From Lytechinus pictus (Eukaryota): 64,000 nucleotides of DNA. Position numbers and translations under genes: made by a program. Under the pieces are notes generated by a model. That model did not search any database. It was given only the letters and a program-made list of their open reading frames with translations, and was not told the DNA's origin. This document shows, piece after piece, positions 51,301 to 61,778 of this stretch; positions within the stretch are counted from its first letter, which is position 1; each line of letters starts with the position of its first letter. Location of the stretch: assembly GCF_037042905.1 (NCBI RefSeq), contig NC_087260.1, forward strand, positions 25,482,001 through 25,546,000, in the 5' to 3' direction.

Positions 51301-54066
51301 TTTGGCAATGAAGTATGCCCTGTCAGGAGGGTGTCTCTGAAAAGCAAAAAACAAAACAAACAAAAAACCCCGGATCATTAGACAAAGAAACCTACTTAAA
51401 ACAATATATGTCTTTACTGCTCTTTTATCGCAATGCATCAAAGGACACAATTTGAGTACGGAAGTAGCATAATAATTGGAAAACTGTGATAAACAATGCA
51501 CTTTAAATAATTGTTTTGATCAATTAAAACCCTTTTTCATTTGATTATACAATATTCCAATTCAAAGTGATATATTGTTGTAAAGACGATTTCCAATGGG
51601 GATTGAATGTGTCTTCATCATTGTGCCTGCTCCATAATGAATGTATAACATCAGGTATATTACACAATACACATGAAATCACTTTTGTTTAATTTCACCA
51701 ATCTCTAACACACTTTCTTACACTTTACACAATTATGAGCTGGCCATATCAAACTAATAGTTTAATACATATAAGTATAAAATTAGAATCAGTTTTGAAC
51801 AAGAATCACTACTATTATGCTCAATCTCTATTATTCAATCCAAAATAAGAGAATATGAATTAAATTTGAATTCAAACTAAATTCTGCTGCCAACAATTTT
51901 CAATAACCTTCCCCCATCCCCTCTACTTCCCTCGTCCTCATGAACGAAAGACTTACAAGACGAACCTCTTACACGGAGTCACATGATCTGAGTGGCAGCA
52001 GCTAATAAATACCACTTCCTTTTCAAATGGACTATTGTTGATAAGAGCATGACCTTTACGATGACCTATTACCACTGTGATTCATATTCATCTGATTCTT
52101 ATTCATAATCTTTACCTCTTCCTTTTATTGTCTTCCTCCAAATTCATTCTAGACCAAAATACACTGTCTTCTGACATGTATGTTTAAAGCTAGCATCAGT
52201 GTATTCTTTGATCACTGAACTTGAACACTTAATGTTTTTTATTTGTTCACTATCTTTTGATATCCTCTTCAAATCCTTTCTGTACTGCAAATTTCAAGTA
52301 GATTAACACCATTAAATGGATTTGTTTTAACGAACCAATAATTAAAACAACAACAACCACAATCTTCCACTTTCATAGAATGCTTTTATATAATACATCG
52401 AACATCTCTACGCACTTTACAAATACATCATTGTCCACGCAAAATGTATGCACTATATCAACTCACTGGGGTTATTCCAGCAAGAGCTCTTCAAATGCTC
52501 AAGTTTCAATAACATTTTCTAAAGATAATATGTGTACAGGAAATGAAGTTGTTCTTATACTCAACTCACATGTATTATCAAATATAACATTTAATTCTGG
52601 TTGTCAATTTCAATGATGGAGGAAATCGTGTCTCAAAGTGATTGTGAAAGGCTGTTTATAATGCCCTAAGAAGTTGGGCCTGTTGCATAAACTTGTTATA
52701 ATAACACATTAGCAATAGCAGTTTAAAGCTACTGAAATCATCCAATTTGATTGGTTGACAGTGAACTTGTTTTAAGAAATATGCATTTGTAATTATAACA
52801 AGCCTTCATGACGGGGGGGGGGGGGGGGGGGGGCTGGTATTTGCTGGAGAGCATTGGAATCACAAAAATCGACAACAAATTGACTCAATCACCGCACGCA
52901 GATAAGCATGAGTGGGACTATGTCTAAATTATTAAGATCCTGACAGCTTCAGCTCTCAATTGTTGTATCTTTAATGCAAGAGCAATTGAAGAGCAGCCCT
53001 TTGAAGTGTAGCATTCATTTGCAGCAATATTCTCATTCTCCTACATCTTTTTTTTTCATATTTTACATTCCATTTACATATCTCTGACAATATGTCATGT
53101 TAAAGATAAACGTTTTGTCTTTGTGGTAACGATTTCAAAATGAGTTAGGCACAGAATCCAATAAAATGACCATCCAAGTGTCTTTTTGTGCCAAAGGACT
53201 CTGAAAGAAATGGTGTAACGCCAAGAAATTAGCAAAACAAGCCATGAAGTTTGAGCACGATGTCAGGTCTTTTTCCAAGCAATAATATTACTACACTGTC
53301 CCACATGTGCTTATCTGTGTTGGTGATCTTCAGTGCAATCATGTTTTTAGCATGGATTTCATGATTTTACAAAGTCTAGTCGATGTAGCTGTACCAGATC
53401 CCGGGCCCCGTCCTACAAAGAGCTGCGATTGATCCGATCAATTGCAACTACGGAAAGCCAGCAAAGTCAACATATAAAATGCATGTTTGGTAAAAAAAAA
53501 TTATAGATATGAATGTACATCCATAAATTCATTGATTTTTTGACAGTTTGGTGTGTTCTCCTTTGTTTACAAAGGACATTTTGCAAATTTCCTGTAGAAA
53601 AAATTATGACACTGATGGATTTCCATAGATATACGATTGATTGAATCATACGATTGATTGAATCATTCGAAACTCCTTGTAAGACAGGGCCCTGGGGCCC
53701 ATTTCATAAAGGACTTGCAACTGTTGTAACTTTGCCATAATGGCAACTACCATGGTAACAGGGGTCAGCAGCCAATCATAATGAAGCTTTCCATGGTAGT
53801 TGCCATAATGGCAAAGTTACAACAGTTGTAAGTCCTTTATGAAATGGGCCCCTGATCTATGATGCTATAGTGACAATTACATGTAACCTTTGGTTTTACA
53901 TACTTTCTCATTAAATCAGAGTTTACCACAACTGCTTTCATTTATCTTTAACCCACCTTTTTCTTGACAGGCTCTTCTTCATGGTTTGAGACTGGTGATG
54001 AGACTACTTCTGATGTATCATTGTTGTATGATGGTATAGATTTGGTGGGTGAAGGGGCAGGAGAAC
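39292..54066 (-). CDS. FARP1/2: FERM, ARHGEF and pleckstrin domain protein (FARP1/2 orthologue), 3' 14 coding exons encoding DH-PH1-PH2; 5' part outside the window
   Basis: join(53957..54066,51247..51336,50105..50235,48222..48303,47540..47726,46941..46991,46146..46276,45144..45302,43586..43699,42601..42655,41906..42069,40937..41044,40214..40365,39292..39352) = 1595 nt. All introns GT-AG, phases consistent. Hallmark peptides: AYFIAKEILTTERTYLKDLEV, FEIQKVCYLPFNTFLLKPVQRLLHY, HRANTTVHVCWHRNTSVS, NQLSGFLLRKFKNSNGWQKLWVVFTNFCLFFYKSHQDDYPLASLPLLGYSV. Confidence 0.96.
40214..40365 (-). CDS. FARP1/2: FARP exon, PH2 (DDYPLASLPLLGYSVMIPAEEDDIRKDYVFKLQFKTHVYFFRAESEYTFSR)
   Basis: cctttag / gtaagc. Confidence 0.97.
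40312..40555 (-). repeat. 3 x ~82-bp tandem repeat of the 3' splice site plus exon 5' end
   Basis: tggtat...ggggtaat...ggggaaaggaatgaatat units start at 40312, 40393 and 40476. Confidence 0.95.
40937..41044 (-). CDS. FARP1/2: FARP exon, PH2 (NQLSGFLLRKFKNSNGWQKLWVVFTNFCLFFYKSHQ)
   Basis: ttgacag / gttagt; near-identical to the vertebrate FARP PH2 start as recalled. Confidence 0.97.
41521..41978 (-). repeat. 5 x 93-bp tandem repeat of the exon 3' end plus 5' splice site
   Basis: tacctctacggcc recurs at 41531, 41624, 41717, 41810 and 41903. Confidence 0.97.
41906..42069 (-). CDS. FARP1/2: FARP exon, PH1-PH2 linker (SPDQDSAFEEAEDDVSSPSKSIDRQSHHRANTTVHVCWHRNTSVSMADHVQAVE)
   Basis: cttatag / gtacgt; HVCWHRNTSVS is diagnostic for FARP. 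Confidence 0.95.
42601..42655 (-). CDS. FARP1/2: FARP exon (DIRLAMSMCQDDQPTDTL)
   Basis: tctacag / gtaagt; phase 0 to phase 1 bridges the neighbouring exons. Confidence 0.88.
43586..43699 (-). CDS. FARP1/2: FARP exon, PH1 (LEDSELDRSVANCFTLYGGNKTVVIAASTPEEKLRWME)
   Basis: atttcag / gtaaga; conserved PH C-terminal Trp. Confidence 0.95.
43981..44225. repeat. 2 x 120-bp diverged tandem duplication
   Basis: ttgcgtgtt..gtcaatgggagctca.gtggggtatt at 43981 and 44101. Confidence 0.85.
45144..45302 (-). CDS. FARP1/2: FARP exon, PH1 (HFIREGCLHKLSRKGYQQRMFFLFSDVLVYTSKGVTPTNQFKVHGQIPLKGVV)
   Basis: cccacag / gtgagt. Confidence 0.96.
45948..46101. repeat. (ATC)n trinucleotide repeat next to a 500-nt N-run
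   Basis: catcatcat arrays; source of the spurious poly-M/D/H/S ORFs. Confidence 0.95.
46146..46276 (-). CDS. FARP1/2: FARP exon, end of DH domain (AAMGDVGDLTADIEDSVKRIENFQKLTELQRDLVGMDTLIQPNR)
   Basis: ctttcag / gtaagc; ENFQKLTELQRDL motif. Confidence 0.95.
46941..46991 (-). CDS. FARP1/2: FARP exon, DH domain (RLVKHYQPSHPDYKDCK)
   Basis: tctccag / gtgagt; HPD motif. Confidence 0.93.
47540..47726 (-). CDS. FARP1/2: FARP exon, DH domain (LYTGYIGKLEEVLSDLEASLRKNKKFESFYRDFEIQKVCYLPFNTFLLKPVQRLLHYKLVLE)
   Basis: ttttcag / gtaagt; DH CR3 motif. Confidence 0.96.
48222..48303 (-). CDS. FARP1/2: FARP exon, DH domain (EGRPNAQGKGGFQRVGDILLKNAQHLK)
   Basis: cttacag / gtaagt; phase 2 to phase 0. Confidence 0.95.
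48460..48820. mobile_element. Kolobok-like element, uninterrupted relative of 53104-53947
   Basis: Shares acactgtc.cacatgt.cttatctgtgttg.tgatcttcagtg and the terminal ttcatttt/atct TTAA. Confidence 0.7.
49179..49460. mobile_element. Harbinger-like MITE
   Basis: taa aggcctggtcccactg ... cagtgggaccaagcct tta. Confidence 0.78.
49477..49932. mobile_element. TTAA-flanked non-autonomous DNA transposon (Kolobok-like)
   Basis: TTAA|gggcaattccataggtt ... aaccgtggaatagccc|TTAA. Confidence 0.78.
50105..50235 (-). CDS. FARP1/2: FARP exon, DH domain (WFRKATTNEANLPETLEVLFSHLDPIYEFHCKFLKEVEQRLSSW)
   Basis: ttcttag / gtaaga; open frame, DH-like. Confidence 0.95.
50464..50709 (+). mobile_element. tRNA-derived SINE with B box deleted, Meta/MESC-like central domain (family from recall), and (ATC)n tail
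   Basis: A box TGGCTCAATTGGTAGAGCG; central ggagttgctgctaccctgtttggcgttcaacgatttaagggatagagc; tail aataaaatatggatgatcattatcatcatca. Confidence 0.7.
51247..51336 (-). CDS. FARP1/2: FARP exon, start of DH domain (RHPPDRAYFIAKEILTTERTYLKDLEVVVV)
   Basis: ttttcag / gtaagt; DH CR1 motif. Confidence 0.95.
53104..53947. mobile_element. Kolobok-like element containing two nested MITEs (53404-53691 and 53695-53851)
   Basis: TTAA|agataaa ... tttatct|TTAA. Inner elements: ggccccgtcctacaaagag...ctccttgtaagacagggcc and the near-perfect palindrome gggcccatttcataaaggactt...aagtcctttatgaaatgggccc, with CTG TSDs. Confidence 0.88.
53957..54066 (-). CDS. FARP1/2: FARP exon, Ser/Pro-rich linker (SPAPSPTKSIPSYNNDTSEVVSSPVSNHEEEPVKKK)
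   Basis: tttgtag acceptor and gtgggt donor; ends in phase 0, matching the next exon. Confidence 0.8.
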
Positions 54067-56867
54067 CTACAAAAGATAGAGGAAAAAAAAAAGTAAAATT
54101 AAAGACAAAATCATAAAATAATGATGACCAAAATAACGATAATAAGTGATAATACATGTAATAATGATAACCATAGATAGTTAAAACTTTGATTTCCCAA
54201 ATGTTTAATGTAGTTCCACATACGTATGATATGTCAAAAGCTGAGTATTCCAGCACTTCACCTTGGCCATAAAACCTCGAAACAGATAATTGATCAAGAT
54301 GAAAATTAGGTTTTAAGTGCATTTTTAAGTAGCTATAAAACTCGAAAGTTCCTATAGAGGGAAAAAGAATTCTTTGAAATTGCAATTGATTTTGACATAA
54401 ATCATAAGGAAAAGTGTGTCTGCTTCAGAGAACTAAAAGGGACAAGATGATGAAATGAAATTATCAGTTCAACTGTAGCAAATTCAAAGACTTTTACAAT
54501 TTTTTTAAAGAACTTTAAAACATGAAAAAGATAATATTTTAAGTAGTCTTTCACTCCACAATAAGATAACAGCTCAACCACCTTGTAACCATACTAAAAT
54601 ACATTGTAACATTCCAACACATTATTACATCCACAATACACTCAAACACATGAGCAAAATATTCAAATTCAAACCATTAACATCCATTTAACTCACATAA
54701 TCTGTTCATTGACACATTTGCACTCCCACATTTTCATCCCGTTTTAATCCACAAATGCATCTTGCCCTTACCCAACAAACCAGCATATACAGTCCCACAA
54801 GATCATTTCTGCGTCTCCACAATCATGCATGTATTTCTTACCTTACACAACTTCTGGCTATCGTATCAGACGGAATCAGAGATACTGATGTACAAAACCA
54901 TTGCTCCATGATTCTGAAACTGTGCTTTAAGGCTCCAGATATGGAAGAGCAGCAACCTTCCAAAGTTCCAAACCCTCAACAAGTCAAAGTCGCTATTAGA
55001 CACCACATATAATACAAATCTCATATAAAGATTTAATTCATCCAGCATGTTGAGATTTATTCCAAAGGGCCGTTATTAAAACTGTTCATATGAAAGTTAC
55101 ACATAACTTTATGCATGACGGTGACCCGAAGTGAGATGGGTGTGAGATACCCAACACTTTCTGTTTCAACAAAATAGAGCTAATTTTCTATAACTGTAAT
55201 CAACTACTAGTATTGACAAATAAAAGACTATAGATTGGAATATTTCTTAACACCAAGAATTTTAATCTAAAATCAATTTTGTTTGATGAGAATACAGATT
55301 GTCTTCTAACTTAGCACAAGAAATGGTCACCATTCATGCAGAGAGTAATGCATAAATTCTGGGCAGCTTTATCAAACATAACCCAGGCTGATGTGAAGTT
55401 TTGTTCCTGTATGTAAATAATTTCCTATCTAATGTTTTTTTTGGGTATAAACATAATTTTTTAGAGAACATTGTATATATACAGTTTGGGATATAATTAC
55501 AAGACCACTTTCCTACTGACCTTCCATATACACTGTAGTATGGTCTAATAATGATTTCCAAAGCTGTATATGAATTCGAGCAACTAATAATTTGGAAGGA
55601 TATTCTCATTACATGTTGAAAACTAAATACTAAATAAGTTTTATTGTAGCATGAGGTTTAGATCGAAACGATAAAAAGTACTTGGACATAATTATTGACA
55701 AGAAATTTACATGAATTAATTTGAAAATAAATGTTGCTACACAGACTTACATGTAATAAGATAAACTCGAGTAGGTAGGTTTCACACTCATTATACTTTA
55801 TTTATTTAATCATATATTTTTGTTTGCATCCAGCAAGTACACAGATCGATTAAATTCTATTTTAAATCTGACTGACAATTACAAAAATCTATCATGGAAA
55901 AATAAAACTAATGATGGTCTGACCATGGTGTAATCACATGAATCTACTTATAAAATACGATCTTTACAAATCAAATGATCTTCTTTTCAGCCATTACATT
56001 ATAATCTAATCATTTTCTCACAGAAAATGTATTTAAAGATTATTATATTTTGTATCACATTTACTGATACTTATATATTGTCTTTATACATGACATAACA
56101 TGAGTTAGTATTATATAATTTGAATTAAATTCAAAATCTTCTTGGGACTACATGAATGCTTTGAGTGAGTGATGTTGGCATTATTGTAGCAAAATAATAG
56201 TTCTATATATTTCCAAGATGGAGCCCCCCGATGAATATTGAACATATTTTATTGCAAAGTAATTAACTTAAACTCCAATGCAACATAATAAAAGTCACAA
56301 GTTTGAAAGAGATTTGCTATCATTTTGTAAGCTTTTACATTAGATTTTAATTTTGCATGTACATAATATGTGAAGTAAATTCATGCGCATATATAGCAAG
56401 ATTTTGCGTTGCCCCGTACCACATGCATGCATTTTTGGCATATTCTTTTATGTACAAATCAAAGATGCGCATGTCTTAACAGTAGCCTACAAAAGATGAA
56501 TGTAAAAAATAGGAACATTTCTCACAGGATAAACAAAACCCCACTTACATTCTGACAGTCTTCAGGAAAAAACAGGATAGCCAACAATCTAAGTATCTCA
56601 AATTCATTAACAAGCAGATAACTGCCTTTCATAAGCTTCAATGATCAACTTGTGTACTAAATATATTTCTGAAGGAATATAAAGTGGGGTTTATCAAATC
56701 TTGTTTGTTATGAAGTCTCACAGAAATTTGAAAATAACCCTCTACTTGTTAATTACGATTCAATGTGAATGTCACTGTTCCATTGTGACATTACTGCCTA
56801 TCGGTTGTGTGGTCTCTGGTATATGACCCCACTATCTCCTTCTTCCTTGGATGACAGACAGAACAAA

Positions 56868-57146
56868 GGGCCTTTTCACACGTGAATCTTGAATCATCAT
56901 TGTAATGATGATTGCAATTCGTCTTTAGAATCATCGTACCTATCACACGCTCGCTCGAAAACTGTGATTTGAATGGAATGGAACTGGAATTTACCTCCGG
57001 AGTAGAATTTGAATTTGTGATCAGCGTTCGTGATTCTAATCATGTTAAAGTTGGTTTCACACGTGCTAAAAATTTGTCATTAGCCTTATTTTTCACTGGA
57101 ATCATCATTCCAATTCCAATTTTTAATTTTTAACTGTGTGAAAGGG
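56868..57146. mobile_element. Harbinger-like non-autonomous element
   Basis: ccttttcacac ... gtgtgaaagg termini; internal gaatcat/tcacacg repeats. Confidence 0.6.
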
Positions 57147-57286
57147 TGGAAAGTTAAGTCAAATTCTTGATTTAAATACTGAACCTTAGATCTTGGCCAA
57201 AAACCTAAAGCTGCCCTAAGCCATAGCGTAAACTGATGAACGCACTAGTATTCTCTGTAACCATAATTGGACAGTCCTGTGGGGTG

Positions 57287-57499
57287 GGGGTGTTTCACAA
57301 AGATTTAAGTATGACTTAGAGTCGCACTTAAATGCCAACGCATACATGATATGCAACGCGCAATCTTATTGATTAATACGCAGTAGTGCACGCCCCCTTG
57401 GCATGATCTGACCAATGCAGTCATGCCTACATGTATGCACACAACTAGGAATTTAAGTGCAACCGTAAGTCATACTAAAATATTTGTGAAACACACCCC
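57287..57499. mobile_element. MITE with ~45-bp TIRs
   Basis: ggggtgtttcacaaagatttaagtatgactta ... taagtcatactaaaatatttgtgaaacacacccc. Confidence 0.8.
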
Positions 57500-58323
57500 T
57501 CATCTAATGTTAAACCTTAACCTTAAGTTTAACTTTCACTAAAATTCTGAATTAATCCTAACAGCGCATCTAACCTTAACTATAAACTAATCCTAATATT
57601 AATCATTATATAACCCATATCTAGACCCGTACTTAAATATCATCCACAACCCTGAACTAAGCCTATTGAAATCCTAAGCCAAACCTTACCTAGTATATGT
57701 ACCCCCCCCCCAAGGTTACTAAACTGAAAGAAATACTAACATTAAACATGAATATTTGAAGTACATTTTAAATAAATAGTTTAGTTATGCACTACATGTA
57801 TCAGGGCATTAAAAGTGCCCCTTTCATTTACACTATTTGAATTAAAAAGCCCATGAATATCTATATGATTTCTATGACTTGATTTACAAACTTTTTAAAA
57901 AGCCTATGATGATTTACACTTAACACTATAACAAGTTTTAGGAAAGACACATAATTATTGGAATAGATTAATTTACAATTTCTCCAAATCTCAAGACAAT
58001 TAAACTTGTTAATTTCTAGGCTTGATTGGTAAGAAGATTATTGCTCTCTAAAGAGAAGATCACGTGAAAGAAACAGACATCAATGTTTATAAGGCTACAG
58101 TAAGTCTCCATAGTATTAATTAACAATTATAAACCTACACAAGACACTTAATATCATCATGATATAAAACACCAGCACTATCAACGATTTCATACATTAG
58201 AATGTGAAGACATTAGAACATGTATTTCCCTAATCATAATTGAAAATATGAAAACATGTTGAGAAACTGGTTCACAAGATACATTAAAAAATGGAAGATA
58301 AAGTGAATACATAAAGCAAGAAA

Positions 58324-58553
58324 TGTGTAAAAACAGGGTGTTAAAACTGCACCATCAGTGTTTACTAAAGGACTACACCAAGCAATATACACCAGTCACT
58401 GGTGTTTAGCACTGGCAGTGCTTGAATTCATGGTGTCAAATCAACACACATTGGTGTTGCATTCAAACTCCATGGTGTATATTTAACACCTGAGTGTGTG
58501 GTCCTCTCAGTACACAGTTTGGTGTTGGTCTCCACAACAAAGTTTTTACAGTG
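58324..58553. mobile_element. Degenerate relative of the CACTA-like element at 28968
   Basis: tgtaaaaacagggtgttaaa ... agtttttacagtg; many acacc/ggtgt motifs. Confidence 0.65.
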
Positions 58554-61500
58554 AAGATTAATGTTTTGAGCCTGAAGGCAAATGTTTAGATATCACATTT
58601 ACACGTATTAGCATTGAGTAGCACAGACAGTTCATGCAAGACAATTCTGTCGACAGCATATTATTCTTGCATTAAGTACTAATGTATGAATGCCACTATT
58701 CAGATCGAGCTTTTCAGACTCTTTTTACGATATTATATCTTTTTTGTGAAAATAAATATTTGAATCTTTTTTAAAGAGTAAAAAAAAAGGTGGGATGAAT
58801 TGAAGAAAAACAAATAATTTCAATGAAGAGAGAACATAATAGCAGAAATTTTCAGATAAAACGTTGGAATACAAATTTTGTTTCAAGTAATTGACAAAAT
58901 GACACTTAGCAGCAATAATAAAATAATTTGGTCATACAAATCCCACAACATTAAGTGGATTATAATTAATCAATAGAATTTGTAAAAGTTTACAAATTCC
59001 TCTTTAATTCTCACAGAATTTGGAAGTTAGAATATAAAACCTAGGTAAGTCATTGTTGAAATAAACATGAAACAAAGAGGTTTTTTTTCGTTGGGTAATC
59101 TCGCTTAAGAGTTAAGCACCAGTAAAATGAATTGAAATGATTAATAAAAGAGAAAAGAAAGAAGAAAATACTATTCAACAAGGAGTTAATAGGTAAGATT
59201 AAAATTTGAAGCAGAAATGATGCCTGCTTCCAATTTCACAAAAAATATAAGTCGGTGTTGTATATCGTTGGAAAAAAAAAGATATTTATGATTGCATAGG
59301 ATTATCACAATTTTCAGTGAAGTAAAATTACTATTTCAGGTATGAAAAACTTTGATGGAGATGATATGTTCGAGAGAAAAAAAAAAAACCCAAAACCGCC
59401 TATTTCATCATAGAGTGGTATAAAAATGAGTGTCCATTTAAGATACGTGTAGCATGTACTTCTTGTACAGACTTAAAATTTTCTCCCATGCCAAGCTTAA
59501 TAAGTGCTTTCATACAAAATTGTAAGAGAAAAATTGGGGATCATTAAAAAATGTAAATACATTTTGACCATAAAATTTGCCTATTCATGCCAGTTACTAA
59601 ATTTCATCTCGTCATGTTAAATGCATAATATGTCATTTTATATGAAAATGCATTTAGAGTCTGAAGTCTTTAAAATCATTTATTGAAATAATACTGTAAT
59701 AAAAAAAACCCAGTAATCTCAGGTCCATTAATCGCCATGGTGATGTAAAATACATTTCTAACTATTGAAACATGGGGTTTTATAAAGTGTAACAATTGGG
59801 GGAAAAGTTTATATTTCCTCCAATCTGTAACCCTCTCAAATAATCACAATGGATTTAAAATGATCCTACATAAGCAAATTTTATGAACTGATTAATCATT
59901 GCACATTTTTAAGCATCTGATTTTGTGATATATTTCAAATTGGCACAGGTGTAATGAGTTGGTAATATATAAATGAGAATTTAAAAGTTTCAGAATGAAT
60001 ACAAATATGAATATTATAAAAACAAACAAAAAAGATTAAATTGGCAAAATACCATGCAAGCCAAGCATGTCAAGCACTTTAAAGGCAAACACACAAAAAA
60101 AAAATATTCAATTGCACATTATGTTGGCATTGGCGGATTCACACCATAGAATAAATTGATACTGTATATTGGATCTTGAGCTTTAATACTTTCCAAAATC
60201 ATTTTGTCCAAAATCTAAAAAAATTCTATCAGAAAATGTCCATGAATGGTAGAATAAAATAGAAAGAATGGAAAGAATGTTGATTTAAATTCATATATGA
60301 ATTATATTCATGGAATATGATCATTGATATCCTTCCAGATGTATGTATAACTCTCTTTTAACTGGTTCTGGTATGTACATAAATAAGCAATTTGTTATTT
60401 TCCTGGGGAAAATTTCATCCTGGCTAATTTTCTATGGCAGTCATGCTTAGCAAACATTACCCCCTAGCTCTAAACCTGGGTGGAGAGTGGCAAATGTAGA
60501 TTAACGTCAGTACGAGGAATGTTTGGTGTGGACTTGGAATCTTCCTCTCCTGTTTTCCGAGTCAATTATTCTAAATAAAGAACTTGTTTGGATGTTCAAA
60601 TTTTCCATTAAGTGCTACATAAATGTTATGTATCATTATTGTTATTAAAAAACGGACATACTGAAGCTATTCAACATGCACTCATCGGAGTAAAGTCGCA
60701 TGAATGACTAGAACGCCTATATAAATCATATTCATTCTGATTCAAAGTAAATATGAATTTCCATTGCCATATAATTTTGAAATGTCTAGATTTTATCCGC
60801 ATAATTTCAAGGAAGCCCATAACAATTTTAATACCATATCAAAACTTCATCATAAATTTTCATTAAAAAAGAGATTTTGCATTCACCAGAAATGTTACCA
60901 TATCATCTATCAAATAAAATAAAAAAATATGGAAATGTAAAATACCCTTCAACTTTTTTTCAAATTTATTGGAAGTAAACTTCCTTGGATGAGGAAGCAT
61001 TTTCAAAAGGTAAAGAATGTAATCATAACTATCAATCACTCAGGAGCAAATCTGTCCAGTAATCTTGTGGACTGATACCGAAGCAATATGCATGTCGATT
61101 GGTAAAGAATAATGATAATCATCATTATCATCATAGTCCCTCGGAAAGGACTACAGACCAGTTGTCTCTTGGTTGCTTACTTACACTTAATACTGCTTTC
61201 ATTATGTAGAATAATCATTGTGAAGGAATAAAACAGAGAAACAGGTGGGTTCTTCTTAATTTGCTAAATCTGAAGAATTAAAGAAACCTTATTTCCATTA
61301 GCCCAGCTAGTAGAATTCTTGTTTTACCTTCGACTGTGAAGTGTGTCATGGGATAGTCTCATTAATGAATTTTCCTGAGACAAAACAAGTGTGCTTTCAT
61401 TTGAAATTAACAGAAGTAGCTTGATTATTCACCAAGTAAAGTGCTATTTAAAAAAAAAAAGGAATCTTGAAATAAACCCAATGAAATAGTCTGTGACTGC

Positions 61501-61557
61501 TTGAAAGGAAAACAAAGTTGGATAATTTGATGAAGACATGCCTACTGACATTGTTTT

Positions 61558-61778
61558 GATCTACCCCAGATGTCCCCCATATCCATCCCAAGATATACCA
61601 AATATTTATCCTTGATGTACCCTCAATGTACTCCATGTGTATTCCAAATCTACCCCATATCAATCCACATCTAACCCAGATTTACCCTAGATCAACCCCA
61701 GATGTGACCCTGGTCCACCACAGATCCACCCCAGATGTACCCTACGTGTACCCTAGATCTGCCCCTGATCTAGCCCAG
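61558..61778. repeat. Degenerate 11-bp minisatellite (ATCTACCCCAG-like)
   Basis: atctaccccag atgtcccccat atccatcccaag ... atcaaccccag atccaccccag. Confidence 0.75.

Noticed and set aside
51951-52140. Extra FARP exon ending at a gtaagt donor
   Set aside because: The phase-0 frame contains a TAA, other frames are short, and flanking exons join cleanly without it.
56792-56847. Possible small minus-strand FARP exon (EEGDSGVIYQRPHNR*)
   Set aside because: Weak splice sites, an in-frame stop in the obvious frame, and no homology evidence.
57500-57720. Interstitial telomere (taaccc-like; also ttagggttaggg at ~43871)
   Set aside because: Too degenerate and short; typical of repeat-internal AACCCT-like tracts.
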